From the NCBI GenBank assembly GCA_964639615.1, contig CAZXHH010000002.1, forward strand, positions 8,290 through 72,289: a DNA stretch of 64,000 nucleotides. Direction: 5' to 3'. The position numbers and the translations under genes are program-made. The notes beneath the pieces are model-generated. The model worked only from the letters and a program-made list of their open reading frames with translations, searched no databases and was not told the DNA's origin. The DNA is from Candidatus Woesearchaeota archaeon. GTDB lineage: Archaea; Nanobdellota; Nanobdellia; Pacearchaeales; GW2011-AR1. Positions 39,963 through 51,076 of this stretch are shown in pieces. How positions within the stretch are numbered: position 1 is the first letter of the stretch; the number at the start of each line of letters is the position of its first letter.

Positions 39963-40520
39963 TCACAATTTAATTTCCCGAAGTTCAATAGCATTTTTAG
40001 TAAAAAAATCTTTCATATTTACAATACCGTAAAAAACTCCGTTTTCAGTATCAATTTTAATTTCATCAAATTTATCTTTGAAATATCTATATCCAACATG
40101 ATAGCCAATCCCATATTGTTTTGCATCATGATATTCTTTTAACTCGTTTTTATTTTCCCAAATTTCTTTTATATCTGCTCTCTTAAAATAATCTCCTCCA
40201 TCAAAGCATCCTAAAGCAAATTTATCTGGATGTGTAAACAAACTAAAAAGAGTTGGGCTTTCATCCTTGGAACCTCCGTGCCATCTTGAATTTTTAATTA
40301 TCTCCCTAATTGCAACATAATGCTGATTTCCAATTTTTAGTTCTCCTTTTGTATACAAGTCGTAGTACCTGTCTAAAGTCCACATAGCAGAATAAAGAAC
40401 AGAGTTACTCAAATCTTTTGAGAATTTTGGAGGTAGAAAATAATGTAGCTGTTCAAAATTTAAATGAGTTTTATCAAAAAGCGCATTTGATAGAGAAAAT
40501 ATTTTTTCAACATCCATCAT
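39963..40520 (-). CDS. Hypothetical protein (185 aa)
   Basis: ORF only. Aromatic-rich. Confidence 0.45.
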   Translation of the reverse strand: MMDVEKIFSLSNALFDKTHLNFEQLHYFLPPKFSKDLSNSVLYSAMWTLDRYYDLYTKGELKIGNQHYVAIREIIKNSRWHGGSKDESPTLFSLFTHPDKFALGCFDGGDYFKRADIKEIWENKNELKEYHDAKQYGIGYHVGYRYFKDKFDEIKIDTENGVFYGIVNMKDFFTKNAIELREIKL

Positions 40521-40567
40521 ATTCCTTAAAGCTTAATATTTAAAAACAAATTCACACTCTAAAATAT

Positions 40568-42343
40568 ATGACAGAAAATGGAGATAATACACAAATACGA
40601 CAACCAATAGTCACAGTCTGCGGACATGTAGACCACGGAAAAACATCTATTTTAGATTGCCTTAGAGGTAGCTGTGTCCAAGCAGGAGAGTGCGGAGGGA
40701 TTACTCAAAAGATTTCATTTACTTCTTATCCTGCAAATCAATTAAGGTCTTCCTGCTATTTAATTGAAAAATCGGGAATAAAATTAAACATTCCAGGATT
40801 CTTGTTAATTGATACTCCAGGACACGCTGCATTTACAAATTTAAGAAAGCGTGGTGGAAGCTTAGCAGACTTAGCAATACTTGTAATTGATATAAATGAG
40901 GGAATAAAACCACAAACTGCAGAAGTAATACAAATTTTAAGATTAAACAAAACACCTTTCTTAATTGCACTAAACAAAATAGATAACATCTCTGGATGGA
41001 GAACTAATTTAGACAAATCTCTCAAAGAAAGTATAGAGGCACAGGCAATGAATGTTAAACAAGTATTTGATGAAAGATATATGACACTAATCGGAGCATT
41101 AAATTCCCATGGATTTGACTCAGATTTATATTATAATATTTCAGATTTTACAAAAAAGATTGCGCTAATTCCATGCTCTGCTAGAACTAAAGAAGGGGTA
41201 CCTGAATTAATAATGATGCTCTGTGGAATAAGTCAAAAATATTTAGCAGATAAACTAAAAATAGGAAAAGAACCAAAAGGAGTTTTACTTGAAATAAAAA
41301 AAGAGAAAACAACAAATTACATTGAAGCGATACTTTACGATGGAGAACTAAAAAAATCAGATGAAATAGCAATTGCCAATTTTAATTCAGATAAAGACCC
41401 AATAATAACAAAAATAAGAGTTCTTGAAGAAATTGAACCTCTATGTGCAAAATTTAGTCCAAAAGAAAAAGTTACTGCTTCAACAGGAATTAGAATGCAA
41501 TTAATTGAAAAAGAAGAAGTTTTACCTGGAATGCCTTTTGAAATTTATAAAAACAATCTTGCAGAATTAAAAGAAAAATTCAAAAAAGAAATATCAGAAA
41601 AAATTAAAACAAAACCTCAAGGAATAATTGCAAAAGCAGATTCTCTTGGAAGTTTAGAAGCTTTGCTTTTCCTTTTAGAAAATCAAAATATTCCTGTATT
41701 AAAAGCAGGAATTGGAAGCATAAATAAAACAGATGTAATATCTGCAAAAGCAAATTTAGAAATTAATGAATTAGATGCAATAATAATTGGTTTTAATGTT
41801 CAGATTGATGATGATGCAAAAGAATTAATAAAAGACCAAGGTAAAAAAATTAAAGTTCTCACAGATGAAGTGGTTTACAAACTAATTGAAAATTTAACAG
41901 ACTGGAGATTAGAAAAACAAAGAGAAATAGAAAAAAAGAGATTAATGGAACTTTCTAGTATCTGTAAAATACAAATTTTACATCAATACGTTTTCAGAAA
42001 TACAAACCCTGCAATTTTTGGAGTAAGAATTGAAGCTGGTAAAATCCATCAGCAAACAAATTTAATTGATGAAAAAGGGGAAAAGGTTGGGAAAATAAAG
42101 AATATTCAAGCAGACAAAAAAACTGTGCAAGAAGCAAATGAAGGAATGGAAGTAGCAGTTTCAATGTCTGGAATTAATTTTGAGAGAGCAATGAAAGACA
42201 GAAACTTCTTATATTCAGACTTAAGTGAATCTCAATTCAGGACTTTCAAAAAAAATAAGGATTTACTTTCAGGACCTGAAATGAAAATTCTTCAGGAAAT
42301 TGCAGAGATTAAAAGAAAAGAAAAAGCAGACTGGGGAAAATAA
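40568..42343 (+). CDS. infB: Translation initiation factor aIF5B (IF2 homologue)
   Basis: G1-G4 GTPase motifs (VCGHVDHGKTS, DTPGH, NKID) and the domain II/IV layout. 591 aa. Confidence 0.9.
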   Translation: MTENGDNTQIRQPIVTVCGHVDHGKTSILDCLRGSCVQAGECGGITQKISFTSYPANQLRSSCYLIEKSGIKLNIPGFLLIDTPGHAAFTNLRKRGGSLADLAILVIDINEGIKPQTAEVIQILRLNKTPFLIALNKIDNISGWRTNLDKSLKESIEAQAMNVKQVFDERYMTLIGALNSHGFDSDLYYNISDFTKKIALIPCSARTKEGVPELIMMLCGISQKYLADKLKIGKEPKGVLLEIKKEKTTNYIEAILYDGELKKSDEIAIANFNSDKDPIITKIRVLEEIEPLCAKFSPKEKVTASTGIRMQLIEKEEVLPGMPFEIYKNNLAELKEKFKKEISEKIKTKPQGIIAKADSLGSLEALLFLLENQNIPVLKAGIGSINKTDVISAKANLEINELDAIIIGFNVQIDDDAKELIKDQGKKIKVLTDEVVYKLIENLTDWRLEKQREIEKKRLMELSSICKIQILHQYVFRNTNPAIFGVRIEAGKIHQQTNLIDEKGEKVGKIKNIQADKKTVQEANEGMEVAVSMSGINFERAMKDRNFLYSDLSESQFRTFKKNKDLLSGPEMKILQEIAEIKRKEKADWGK

Positions 42344-42367
42344 ATTCAAAACCTTTAAAAACAAATT

Positions 42368-43252
42368 TTGCAATATATAATAATGAAAAAAGGAAATTTG
42401 GTGGTACTTACATTTTTAGCATTAAGTTTATCTTTAATTGGAATTATGTCTGCAGCAACCTGTGATGTAAATGTTGCTCTTCTAAATCAAGACCCTTATC
42501 CTGCAATACCAGGAGAATATGTTAAGGTTGTATTTCAAATTACAGGACTTGAAAATACTGCTTGTGGAACAGTAACTTTCGGTGTTAAAGAAGAATATCC
42601 TATTTCTCTTGACCCAGATACTAAAAATCCAATAACAATAAACTCAGGAACCTTCAAAAGAGATTATGGCTCATCATTTCAAGCACCATTTAGATTAAGA
42701 ATGGATGAAAATGCACTTGATGGAGAAAATCCAATTGAAGTTTATTATTCAACAGCACAAGCAAGTAATATAATTAAGCAATTTAATATAAATGTTGAAG
42801 ATACAAGAGCAAATTTTGAAATAAATGTTAAAGAATATGATTATGCTACAAGAGCATTAACCTTTGAAATATTAAATATTGAAAAAACAGATGTTCAAGC
42901 ACTTACATTGGAAATACCCAAGCAAGATTCAATAACTGTTAAAGGAACAAACAGAGTTGTTGTTGGAGATTTAGATTCAAATGAATACACAACTGCAGAC
43001 TTTGAAGCAATACTTCCTGAAGGAGAAAGCAGAATAACATTGAATATACTTTACACAGATTCAGCAAATGTAAGAAGAGAAACACAAAAAGTTGTTGATT
43101 TTGATTCTTCATATTTTACTGGCAGAGAAATAAAAAAGAAAACTCCTTGGGCAATAATAGTTGTAGTAGTTGTAGTTATTGCTTTTTTAGTTTGGAGAAG
43201 AATTGTTAAAAAGAAAAGAGAAGAAGAAAGAAGAAAAAGACATTCTGCTTAA
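42368..43252 (+). CDS. Surface protein with signal peptide, C-terminal TM anchor and a basic cytoplasmic tail
   Basis: Signal peptide LVVLTFLALSLSLIGIMSAA. C-terminal AIIVVVVVVIAFLVW followed by RRIVKKKREEERRKR. Confidence 0.55.
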   Translation: MQYIIMKKGNLVVLTFLALSLSLIGIMSAATCDVNVALLNQDPYPAIPGEYVKVVFQITGLENTACGTVTFGVKEEYPISLDPDTKNPITINSGTFKRDYGSSFQAPFRLRMDENALDGENPIEVYYSTAQASNIIKQFNINVEDTRANFEINVKEYDYATRALTFEILNIEKTDVQALTLEIPKQDSITVKGTNRVVVGDLDSNEYTTADFEAILPEGESRITLNILYTDSANVRRETQKVVDFDSSYFTGREIKKKTPWAIIVVVVVVIAFLVWRRIVKKKREEERRKRHSA

Positions 43253-43380
43253 TTATTCTATTCATTAGAGATATTTAATTTTAATACTAAATTTTTATTA
43301 TCTGAATCCAGATTATTAATTATTTTCCACTAATAAATAAAATCAACAATCATTTGACTAATAACAACTGTTACAGATAA

Positions 43381-44580
43381 CTACTCGTATCTCAATGCAT
43401 CAACTGGATTTGTCTTTGAAGCTTTAATTGCTGGAAGAGCTCCAGAAATTGCTCCTGTTAAAGTTGCAAATATCAAACATCCTGCAAACAACCATGCTGA
43501 GAATTGAGGTTGTAAAAATCCATATCCTAAACTTGTTAAAATTTTACCTGCAGTTAAACTAATAAGCCAACCAAATAACACTCCTAAACATCCTGCGACA
43601 AATCCTAAGAAAGAACTTTCAAATAAAAATATTTTGAATATTTCAGAATTCTCTGCTCCAATTGATTTCATAACCCCAATTTCTTTTACTCTTTCCAATA
43701 CAGAAGTTATCATAGTATTTGCAGTATTCACAGCTGAAACAAGAACAGAAATTAATGCAATTAAAATAATAAATCCAATTACAATATCCAAAGCAGTGGA
43801 ATAAGATTCAATCATATCATTAAATGACTGAACATAAAAATCTTCTTTTCCTTCATCGAGTCCTCTTTCATTTCTTAAATTTCTTTCAATATCCTTAGAA
43901 ATTTTCTCTATATTTGAAGGGTCAACTTTTGCAACAAGCCAATTGTATTTTAGAGATTCATTTGAATAAAGCTCTTTCATAAAATCATTTGTAACATAAA
44001 TTTGTGCATCATCTGCAGGATTTCCTATTGGCTGATAGAATCCAATTATCTTAACTTTTTTTCCATTAAGAATTATATTATCATTTAACTGATAAGGTTT
44101 TGCAAATATTTTATCTGGAATTAAATAATTATATCCGAGTACAACTCCTCTGTCACCTGGCTGCAACTTTCTTCCAGAATAAGTCTCTAAATTAAAAACA
44201 TCCATAATTAGAGGTTTTTTCGGATCATAAGATATCAAAAATGGGAACTTCTTAATATCATTTTTTTGAACTTCAACATTTTTAAAATAAACTCCTGTTG
44301 CTTCATATACTCCAGAAGTTCTTTCTACAACTTTCAACTCACTTTCACTAAAAGAAAAAGTAGGATCCATTCCTCCAAATCCTTTTGGCTGGATGAGAAC
44401 TTTATCTGCAGACGATGAACTTGACAAATCTTCAATATAACTATATAATCCCAAACCAAAGCTAACAAAAATAAAAATTGTAATAATTCCAACCATGATT
44501 GAAATTATTGTAAAAGCACTTCTAGTTTTTCTCTGCTTTAAATTTCTAAGCGAATATTTTATTGATTCATTTGATATCAT
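43381..44580 (-). CDS. ABC transporter permease, FtsX/MacB-like
   Basis: N-terminal TM, large extracytoplasmic domain and three C-terminal TM helices with an FtsX-like motif. Confidence 0.8.
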   Translation of the reverse strand: MISNESIKYSLRNLKQRKTRSAFTIISIMVGIITIFIFVSFGLGLYSYIEDLSSSSSADKVLIQPKGFGGMDPTFSFSESELKVVERTSGVYEATGVYFKNVEVQKNDIKKFPFLISYDPKKPLIMDVFNLETYSGRKLQPGDRGVVLGYNYLIPDKIFAKPYQLNDNIILNGKKVKIIGFYQPIGNPADDAQIYVTNDFMKELYSNESLKYNWLVAKVDPSNIEKISKDIERNLRNERGLDEGKEDFYVQSFNDMIESYSTALDIVIGFIILIALISVLVSAVNTANTMITSVLERVKEIGVMKSIGAENSEIFKIFLFESSFLGFVAGCLGVLFGWLISLTAGKILTSLGYGFLQPQFSAWLFAGCLIFATLTGAISGALPAIKASKTNPVDALRYE

Positions 44581-44581
44581 T

Positions 44582-45808
44582 TCATCCTCTCAGCGCCTCA
44601 ACTGGATGCTGTTTAGCTGCTTTCATTGCAGGAAGAATTCCTGCTAAAGCTCCTATTAAAAAACTTCCAAGAAGTGCAAAGAAAATCAACACAAAATTAA
44701 TTTGAGGATTAATCTCTGTACCTAAGAAATTATTTATTCCAGAAATTCCAGCATAACCGACAGCAACTCCAAGTATAACTCCTATTACTCCACCAATTAA
44801 TCCCAATACTCCAGACTCAACAAAAAATTGCATGAATATCTGCGAGTTCCTTGCACCAATTGCTTTCATTATCCCTATTTCTTTTCTTCTTTCAAGAACA
44901 GAAGTAGTCATAGTATTAATTATTCCAATTGCTCCAATGAATATTGAAATAGATGCAACAATTACAACAAAAATCTGTATTGCGTTTAAGATGCTATTAA
45001 CCTGTTTTAATGAACCTTCAGGAGTTGAGACAGTAAAATCTTCTGAACCAACTTTCACATCCCTTCTTTGTCTTAATAATTTTTCAATATCTACTTTTGT
45101 TTTTTCCATATTATCTTTATCAGTTGGAAGTACAGCTATTGCATTTAGCTCATCTCCATAATCGAATAAAGATTGCATATCAGCATCATTCATAAAAACA
45201 AGATTATCAAAAATGAAACTTCCTTTTTTTTCAAGAATTCCAATAACCTCAAAACTCTTTCCATTAATTATAACTTTATTTCCAGGAATAACTGCTTTTC
45301 CAAGTCCAACTTTATCTGCATAAAAATTATATCCTAAAAATACTTTTCCTGTTTCCCCGTCTTTTAATAATCTCCCTGCTTCTGGTTTTGCTTCAAGTTG
45401 ACTGTAAATAAATTTTCTATCTTCTCCATTAGGAATATTCGTTGCATATCCAAATATGAGCTTATTATTAAATTCAAGTTTACCAGACACAATAATTTTA
45501 CCAACAGCCGCTTTAACGCTACTTAATCTTTCAATTGCTGCCAAATCATCTGTGGTTAAAGGATGAATTGTATCTGTTCCAGGAGGGCCAAAACTTCCTC
45601 CACTTGCTTCAACAGTTATGACTTCTGTAGATGCAACTCCAAATTGAGAACCAACAGCAAGTTTAAGTCCATTTCCTAGACTAATTAAAGAAACTACTGC
45701 AAGTATACCTATACATATTCCAAGAAGAGTTAGATAACTTCTAATTCCTTTTTTCTTTAAATTTCTATATGCAAAAATGAAGTAGTTCATTTTACTTTTT
45801 CCTACCAA
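44582..45808 (-). CDS. ABC transporter permease, FtsX/MacB-like (paralogue)
   Basis: Same architecture. Ends 1 nt before the downstream permease start. Confidence 0.8.
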   Translation of the reverse strand: MVGKSKMNYFIFAYRNLKKKGIRSYLTLLGICIGILAVVSLISLGNGLKLAVGSQFGVASTEVITVEASGGSFGPPGTDTIHPLTTDDLAAIERLSSVKAAVGKIIVSGKLEFNNKLIFGYATNIPNGEDRKFIYSQLEAKPEAGRLLKDGETGKVFLGYNFYADKVGLGKAVIPGNKVIINGKSFEVIGILEKKGSFIFDNLVFMNDADMQSLFDYGDELNAIAVLPTDKDNMEKTKVDIEKLLRQRRDVKVGSEDFTVSTPEGSLKQVNSILNAIQIFVVIVASISIFIGAIGIINTMTTSVLERRKEIGIMKAIGARNSQIFMQFFVESGVLGLIGGVIGVILGVAVGYAGISGINNFLGTEINPQINFVLIFFALLGSFLIGALAGILPAMKAAKQHPVEALRG

Positions 45809-46613
45809 TAATCATCATATGCTGACTAAATTCGGCTACCATTGGGTTTGTACATAACTTATCATGCATTTCTAACCAATTCTTCCAAGCTTTCGGATTT
45901 TTCTTTGCTAACTTATTTATTTCCTCTTCAGCCGGTGTTGCCAATCCTTCCAAACCAATAGCATTCAAAAATTCAACTTTGTTAGCGAATAAAGATTTTA
46001 ATTCTTCTAACTCAAAGAAATGACAATAGTGTTTTCCACACCAATTATAATCTTCTCCATTAATATAAAAATTCTTAAAATTTTTATTATCTTCAACTTC
46101 ATCTACCCATCTATGAAACATTGTAACTGTCCCAAGTTTACCCATTACTGAAATAAAAATTGGAGAATTTTTCTTTGCAACTCTTGTTAATTCAGAAACA
46201 GCTATCTTTCTATCTTTATCAGAATGAACGTGACTTAAGGGACCGCCAAGACAAATTACAGCATCAAATGTTTTATCCTTAAATCTAGATAAATCAATTA
46301 TTGAACCTTCAATTATTTCTTTTACTTTAGATTCAATTTTTTCTTTTTTTATTTTAATCTTTGCTAGTTCTAAATGTTTTGGAGTAAAATCTAATAACAC
46401 AACTTCATAACCTATCTTAGCTAACTCAATAGTGTATCTTCCAGGACCTCCTCCTGCATCTAAAATTAAACCTTTTTTAGGAAGATATTTTTTAAGAAAT
46501 TTCATTGTAGTATCAAATTCTAATCTATGGAAAGCATCTTGTTGAAGTCTATTCCATTCTTTATTAACGTCTTTTGAATAAAATTCTTTTGTTAATTTAG
46601 CTTCCTTTTTCAT
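45792..46613 (-). CDS. Class I SAM-dependent methyltransferase
   Basis: Motif I LDAGGGPGRYTIELA. Lies between the ABC ATPase gene and the permease genes. Confidence 0.7.
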   Translation of the reverse strand: MKKEAKLTKEFYSKDVNKEWNRLQQDAFHRLEFDTTMKFLKKYLPKKGLILDAGGGPGRYTIELAKIGYEVVLLDFTPKHLELAKIKIKKEKIESKVKEIIEGSIIDLSRFKDKTFDAVICLGGPLSHVHSDKDRKIAVSELTRVAKKNSPIFISVMGKLGTVTMFHRWVDEVEDNKNFKNFYINGEDYNWCGKHYCHFFELEELKSLFANKVEFLNAIGLEGLATPAEEEINKLAKKNPKAWKNWLEMHDKLCTNPMVAEFSQHMMIIGRKK

Positions 46614-46614
46614 T

Positions 46615-47355
46615 CTACCTCTTCCTCTCTTTTGTTACTTTCTCAATTCTTCCGTCCTTAAGCCAATAAATAGTATGAGCATATTTTTTAGCAAGTTCAG
46701 GAGAGTGAGTTACAAAAACAACTGTTCTTCCCTCTTTATTCAAATCAGTTAAAAAATCCATAACTTTCAAACCAGTTTTAGTATCTAAATTTCCAGTCGG
46801 TTCATCTGCAAGAATAACTTCAGGGTCATTTGCAAGAGCACGTGCAATTGCAACTCTCTGCTGCTGTCCTCCTGAAATTTGATTTGGATAGTGATTTCTT
46901 CTATCATATAATTCAAGTTTGTGGAGAATTTTATCTGCTTTATCTTCTCTTTCATATTCGTCAACACCCTGCAGAGTCATCGGCAAAATAACATTCTCTT
47001 TAACAGTAAGTGTGGGAATTAAATTAAACTGTTGAAAAATAAATCCAATATGTTTTCCTCTAATCTGTGCTAATTCAGATTCATCTAAAAGAGAAATATC
47101 CTCTTTATTCAAAAAAATATGGCCCTTAGATGGAGTATCCAAACTTCCAATTAAATTCATTGCAGTAGATTTTCCAGAACCAGAAGGTCCCATAACAGCC
47201 ACAAAATCTCCTTTTTTTATGTTAATACTTATTCCATCTACAGCTTTTACAATATTATCCCCCATCCAATAATGTTTTGCAGCATCATGAAGATGAATTA
47301 TAACATCATCATCAAGTTTCCTCTTCTTTTCCATAATGTAAAAAAAGAAATACAA
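46615..47355 (-). CDS. ABC transporter ATP-binding protein (MacB/LolD-like)
   Basis: Walker [10 protein letters not shown], signature [15 protein letters not shown] and Walker [12 protein letters not shown]. The start is probably at MEKKRKL (47334). Confidence 0.9.
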   Translation of the reverse strand: MYFFFYIMEKKRKLDDDVIIHLHDAAKHYWMGDNIVKAVDGISINIKKGDFVAVMGPSGSGKSTAMNLIGSLDTPSKGHIFLNKEDISLLDESELAQIRGKHIGFIFQQFNLIPTLTVKENVILPMTLQGVDEYEREDKADKILHKLELYDRRNHYPNQISGGQQQRVAIARALANDPEVILADEPTGNLDTKTGLKVMDFLTDLNKEGRTVVFVTHSPELAKKYAHTIYWLKDGRIEKVTKERKR

Positions 47356-47381
47356 TTAATAAAGGTTTTTGTGAATAAGAA

Positions 47382-49040
47382 TTATTGTCTTCCTTTAATA
47401 AATTCCTTAATTAATTCAAAAACCTGCTTTTGTTTATTAGGCAAAAAAGTGATTGAACCTGCATTCTTATGTCCTCCACCTTCAACAAATGCTTCAGGAA
47501 CTTTTTTATCCAAAAAGTGTATTAACTCATGAACAGAAAAATTAGCTTCATCTGTAGCTCTAATTGTGACTGATGTTGCCAACACTCCGACTGTAACTAA
47601 ATTTGTAATTCCTTTTTCTGTCTGAAGAGAATCATGAACAAGTCCAACAATTCTTCCAGGTTTAGGGAAAAATCCAAATCCAGGGAAAAATTCTTCAAAG
47701 TATAAAACTTGAAGATTAACAGCACCGATTTTTTCTAATTTAGCATTTGATTTTCCAATCTTAAATCCTTTCTTATCAAGTTCTTTTATATATGGAGCCA
47801 TAAGTCCTACAAGATGTTTCTGTTTATCTCTAGGTTCACCAAATAAAACTTCAATATACTCTCTTGCTTCCATGAATTTAACTTTTGAAGAGACATAATC
47901 TATAACTAAAGAAATATCTGCAAGTAATTCTTTAGTATATCCTTGAGATTGAGCAATTTTCATATAACTTTCCATTACTTTTGGATTTGCAATGTCTATT
48001 CTGTCTGCAAAACCAGCTAATGCTGGAATTTGTTCCACATTTTTTACTTCCGGATTTATGAATCTTGCAAGTTCTGCACAAAGCATTCCTGCAGAAAACT
48101 TTGCTCCATCTTCATCGACTAAAAAAGGATTGATATGAACTAAAACTTCTTCTGAAATAACATCTTTATCAAAAAAATGATGATCTATAACAATGAAATC
48201 TGCTCCATGAACTTTTCCTTGTTTTATTGCCATTAAATCTTCAGGAGAAGAACCATTGTCTGCAATTATAATTAAAGGCATTTTATTTGAGTGCTTTGCA
48301 ACATTTCTCAAAGACAAAGCCATGTCTCTTATTGAATCATCTATTTCGTAAAAAGGTGCAGCACAAGGAGCTCTCATAAAAAATTCCCATCCTGCTTTTT
48401 CTGAACTATGTTGTTTTTCAATTAAAGGAAGAATTGCCCTCTCTAATGCAAATCCTGAACTATAACCATCTGTATCATTGTGATGTCTTACAATTACAGG
48501 TCTGTCCTGAATTACAGCAAGTCTTATCTGAGTTGCAGCATCAATAAAACTATTTCTTAATTTTGCAAGAATAGTACTCTCTGCTAAAAAATTTGGAGGA
48601 GTTACTTTTGCTCTTTTTTCCTGAATCTCTTCCATTCCCTTAAGGAAATGTTTTTTATTTGCTTCATCAACTATTTTTATTGACTTTATTTCTCCTTCAA
48701 CTTCTCCCTGAAAATCTCCAATTTCAACAACTGCCTTGACAATCATACCTTCGATTAATTCTGGGTAAGCTCTGACTCCAGGCTTAACAAACCCTTTAAG
48801 AGCAAGATTTCCTGTTCCATCAGAAACAACAAAAACTGTAGGCCCCCCTGTCTGAACAATCTTGTTAATTTGTGCTGTGATTGAAATTATTTCTTTTGAA
48901 CCTTCTATATCCCCTATTTTCTTTTCTTCAGCTTTCTCATAAGAGCTAGAGCTAGAATTAGGAAATTTACTAAATTTCTGATTTTGTTTAAAATTTCCTC
49001 CTGAAAAATTCTTCTTAAAATTTTTTTTATTCTTGTCCAT
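47382..49040 (-). CDS. DHH-family phosphoesterase, archaeal RecJ/GAN-like nuclease with N-terminal OB-fold-like region
   Basis: DHH motifs (VRHHNDTDG, IIADNGSS, IVIDHHF) and a DHHA1-like C-terminus (GGGHKNAGS). Confidence 0.7.
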   Translation of the reverse strand: MDKNKKNFKKNFSGGNFKQNQKFSKFPNSSSSSYEKAEEKKIGDIEGSKEIISITAQINKIVQTGGPTVFVVSDGTGNLALKGFVKPGVRAYPELIEGMIVKAVVEIGDFQGEVEGEIKSIKIVDEANKKHFLKGMEEIQEKRAKVTPPNFLAESTILAKLRNSFIDAATQIRLAVIQDRPVIVRHHNDTDGYSSGFALERAILPLIEKQHSSEKAGWEFFMRAPCAAPFYEIDDSIRDMALSLRNVAKHSNKMPLIIIADNGSSPEDLMAIKQGKVHGADFIVIDHHFFDKDVISEEVLVHINPFLVDEDGAKFSAGMLCAELARFINPEVKNVEQIPALAGFADRIDIANPKVMESYMKIAQSQGYTKELLADISLVIDYVSSKVKFMEAREYIEVLFGEPRDKQKHLVGLMAPYIKELDKKGFKIGKSNAKLEKIGAVNLQVLYFEEFFPGFGFFPKPGRIVGLVHDSLQTEKGITNLVTVGVLATSVTIRATDEANFSVHELIHFLDKKVPEAFVEGGGHKNAGSITFLPNKQKQVFELIKEFIKGRQ

Positions 49041-49127
49041 TTTCTTTTTTTAGAAGTAAAAATTCATTTAAAAAGCTTTGTTACAAGCAACCAAATAGTT
49101 TAAAAACCATTTTTCAATCTAAATATC

Positions 49128-49574
49128 ATGGCATTCAAAATTAATATTGGTACAAAAGAAGGAAAAACTTATAAAATAGAAACAGAAGCTGAAGAATTAA
49201 TTGGAAAATCTTTAGGCGATACAATCAAAGGAAAAGAAATTTCTAAAGATTTTGACGGTTATGAATTTGAAATAAAGGGAACAAGCGATGGTTCTGGTTT
49301 TACTTCAATGGCAAATGTTGAAGGAATTGGATTAAAAAAATCATTATTAACATATGGAAAAGGTATGCACAAGCGTTCTAAAAGAGAAGGAAAAAGAAAA
49401 AGATCAAATCCAACTCCAAATGGATTAAGATTGAGAAAGACAGTAAGAGGAAAAGTAATTTCCCCTGCTATTGTGCAGATTAATTTAAAGTTGTTAAAAG
49501 AGGGATCAAAAAAGCTTTCTGAAATATTCCCTGATCAAAACAAATCTGCTGAAAATGCAGAAGCTCAGGCTTAA
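49128..49574 (+). CDS. rps6e: Ribosomal protein S6e
   Basis: FKINI....GK...IE.....L.GK.IGD...G......GYEF.I.GGSD..GF matches the S6e pattern. Confidence 0.85.
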   Translation: MAFKINIGTKEGKTYKIETEAEELIGKSLGDTIKGKEISKDFDGYEFEIKGTSDGSGFTSMANVEGIGLKKSLLTYGKGMHKRSKREGKRKRSNPTPNGLRLRKTVRGKVISPAIVQINLKLLKEGSKKLSEIFPDQNKSAENAEAQA

Positions 49575-49597
49575 ACAATTAAACAAACCTAATTGAA

Positions 49598-49783
49598 ATG
49601 GCAAAGAAAAATTTAGAAGAAGAGTTATCTCCTGAAGAATTAGAAGATTTGGAAAATGGTATTGTTCCAGTGGATAGAATGGTAAACAATGCTGCAAAAG
49701 AATTTTATCAAGGAAACCAAACTTCAAAGTATAACTTGTCTCAAGACGAAACACTTGAAAGCTATAAAGAATTCAATGAATAA
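49598..49783 (+). CDS. Small acidic hypothetical protein (61 aa) between S6e and aIF2-gamma
   Basis: ORF only. Confidence 0.35.
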   Translation: MAKKNLEEELSPEELEDLENGIVPVDRMVNNAAKEFYQGNQTSKYNLSQDETLESYKEFNE

Positions 49784-49804
49784 TCTTAAAAACTCTTTCT
49801 CCAA

Positions 49805-51013
49805 TTGAATTATATGGTTAAATCAGAATTAAATAATATCCAAGAGATTAATGTTGGAGTAGTCGGGCATATAGACCACGGAAAAACAACCCTTCTTAGC
49901 AAATTAACAGGAAAATTTACAGATACTCACTCTGAAGAATTAAAAAGAGGAATTACAATTAAATTGGGTTATGCTGAAATTGTAATATACAAAGACTCAA
50001 ATAATAAATATAATACAAAAAGTGGAACTCCGCAAAGATATGTTTCTTTTATTGATGCTCCTGGACACGAAATGCTCATGGCAAACATGCTTTCAGGTGC
50101 TGCAATAATTGATGCTGCAATTCTTGTTGTTGCTGCAAATGAAGGAATTAAACCTCAAACAAGAGAACATTTCATGGCTCTGCAAGCTAAAGGCATAAAA
50201 AATATTATAATAATACAAAATAAAATTGATTTAGTCACAAAAGAAAAAGCTCTTGAAAATTTCAAAAAAATAAAAGAGTTTGTTAAAGGGACAGTTGCTG
50301 AAAATTCTCCTATTATACCTGTCTCAGCACAGCAGGAAATTAATATAGATAAAATACTAGAAGAGATATGTAAATTAGAAATTCCAAAAAGAGATACAGA
50401 AGCAAAACCAATTTTCCTTGTTGCAAGAAGTTTTGATATTAATAGACCTGGGACAACAATTAAGGGACTTAAAGGTGCAGTTTTAGGCGGAATATTAAAG
50501 AAAGGAAAATTAAAAGTAGGAGATGAAATAGAAATCAAACCTGGTTTAAGTATAAAAAAGGCAAATCAAACAACTTATCAAACACTTACCACAAAAATAA
50601 TTTCGCTTTACAAAAGTTCTCAGTCTATTGATGAAGTTCTTCCTGGAGCAAGCATCTCAATTGAAACTTCTTTAGACCCCTTACTTTCAAAGGCAGATTC
50701 TTTAACAGGTTGTGTAATTTCTTCAAAAGGAAATCTCCCAGAATTAAGCCAGAAGCTTTCAATTAAAACAAAACTATTTGAAGAAGTTTTAGGAACAGAA
50801 CAAAGGCAAAAAGTAGAATCTCTTAAAACAAAAGAAGTATTAATGCTCTCTGTAAATACAACAATTGCTATAGGGATTGTAGATAAAATTGCAAAAGACC
50901 ATATTGAAGTTAATTTAAGTAGTCCAATTGTTGCACTAAAAGGAGATAATACGGGAATTGCAAGAAATATTAACAATCACTGGAGACTAATTGGCTTTGG
51001 TGAGATAATATAA
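49805..51013 (+). CDS. eif2g: Translation initiation factor aIF2 gamma subunit
   Basis: VGVVGHIDHGKTTL, DAPGHE and NKIDL GTPase motifs plus the domain II/III layout. 402 aa. Confidence 0.9.
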   Translation: MNYMVKSELNNIQEINVGVVGHIDHGKTTLLSKLTGKFTDTHSEELKRGITIKLGYAEIVIYKDSNNKYNTKSGTPQRYVSFIDAPGHEMLMANMLSGAAIIDAAILVVAANEGIKPQTREHFMALQAKGIKNIIIIQNKIDLVTKEKALENFKKIKEFVKGTVAENSPIIPVSAQQEINIDKILEEICKLEIPKRDTEAKPIFLVARSFDINRPGTTIKGLKGAVLGGILKKGKLKVGDEIEIKPGLSIKKANQTTYQTLTTKIISLYKSSQSIDEVLPGASISIETSLDPLLSKADSLTGCVISSKGNLPELSQKLSIKTKLFEEVLGTEQRQKVESLKTKEVLMLSVNTTIAIGIVDKIAKDHIEVNLSSPIVALKGDNTGIARNINNHWRLIGFGEII

Positions 51014-51076
51014 CAACTCTTCTAATATATTTGAAATCATAAAAATCTTTATAAATAATGCGAACTACGAATAATT

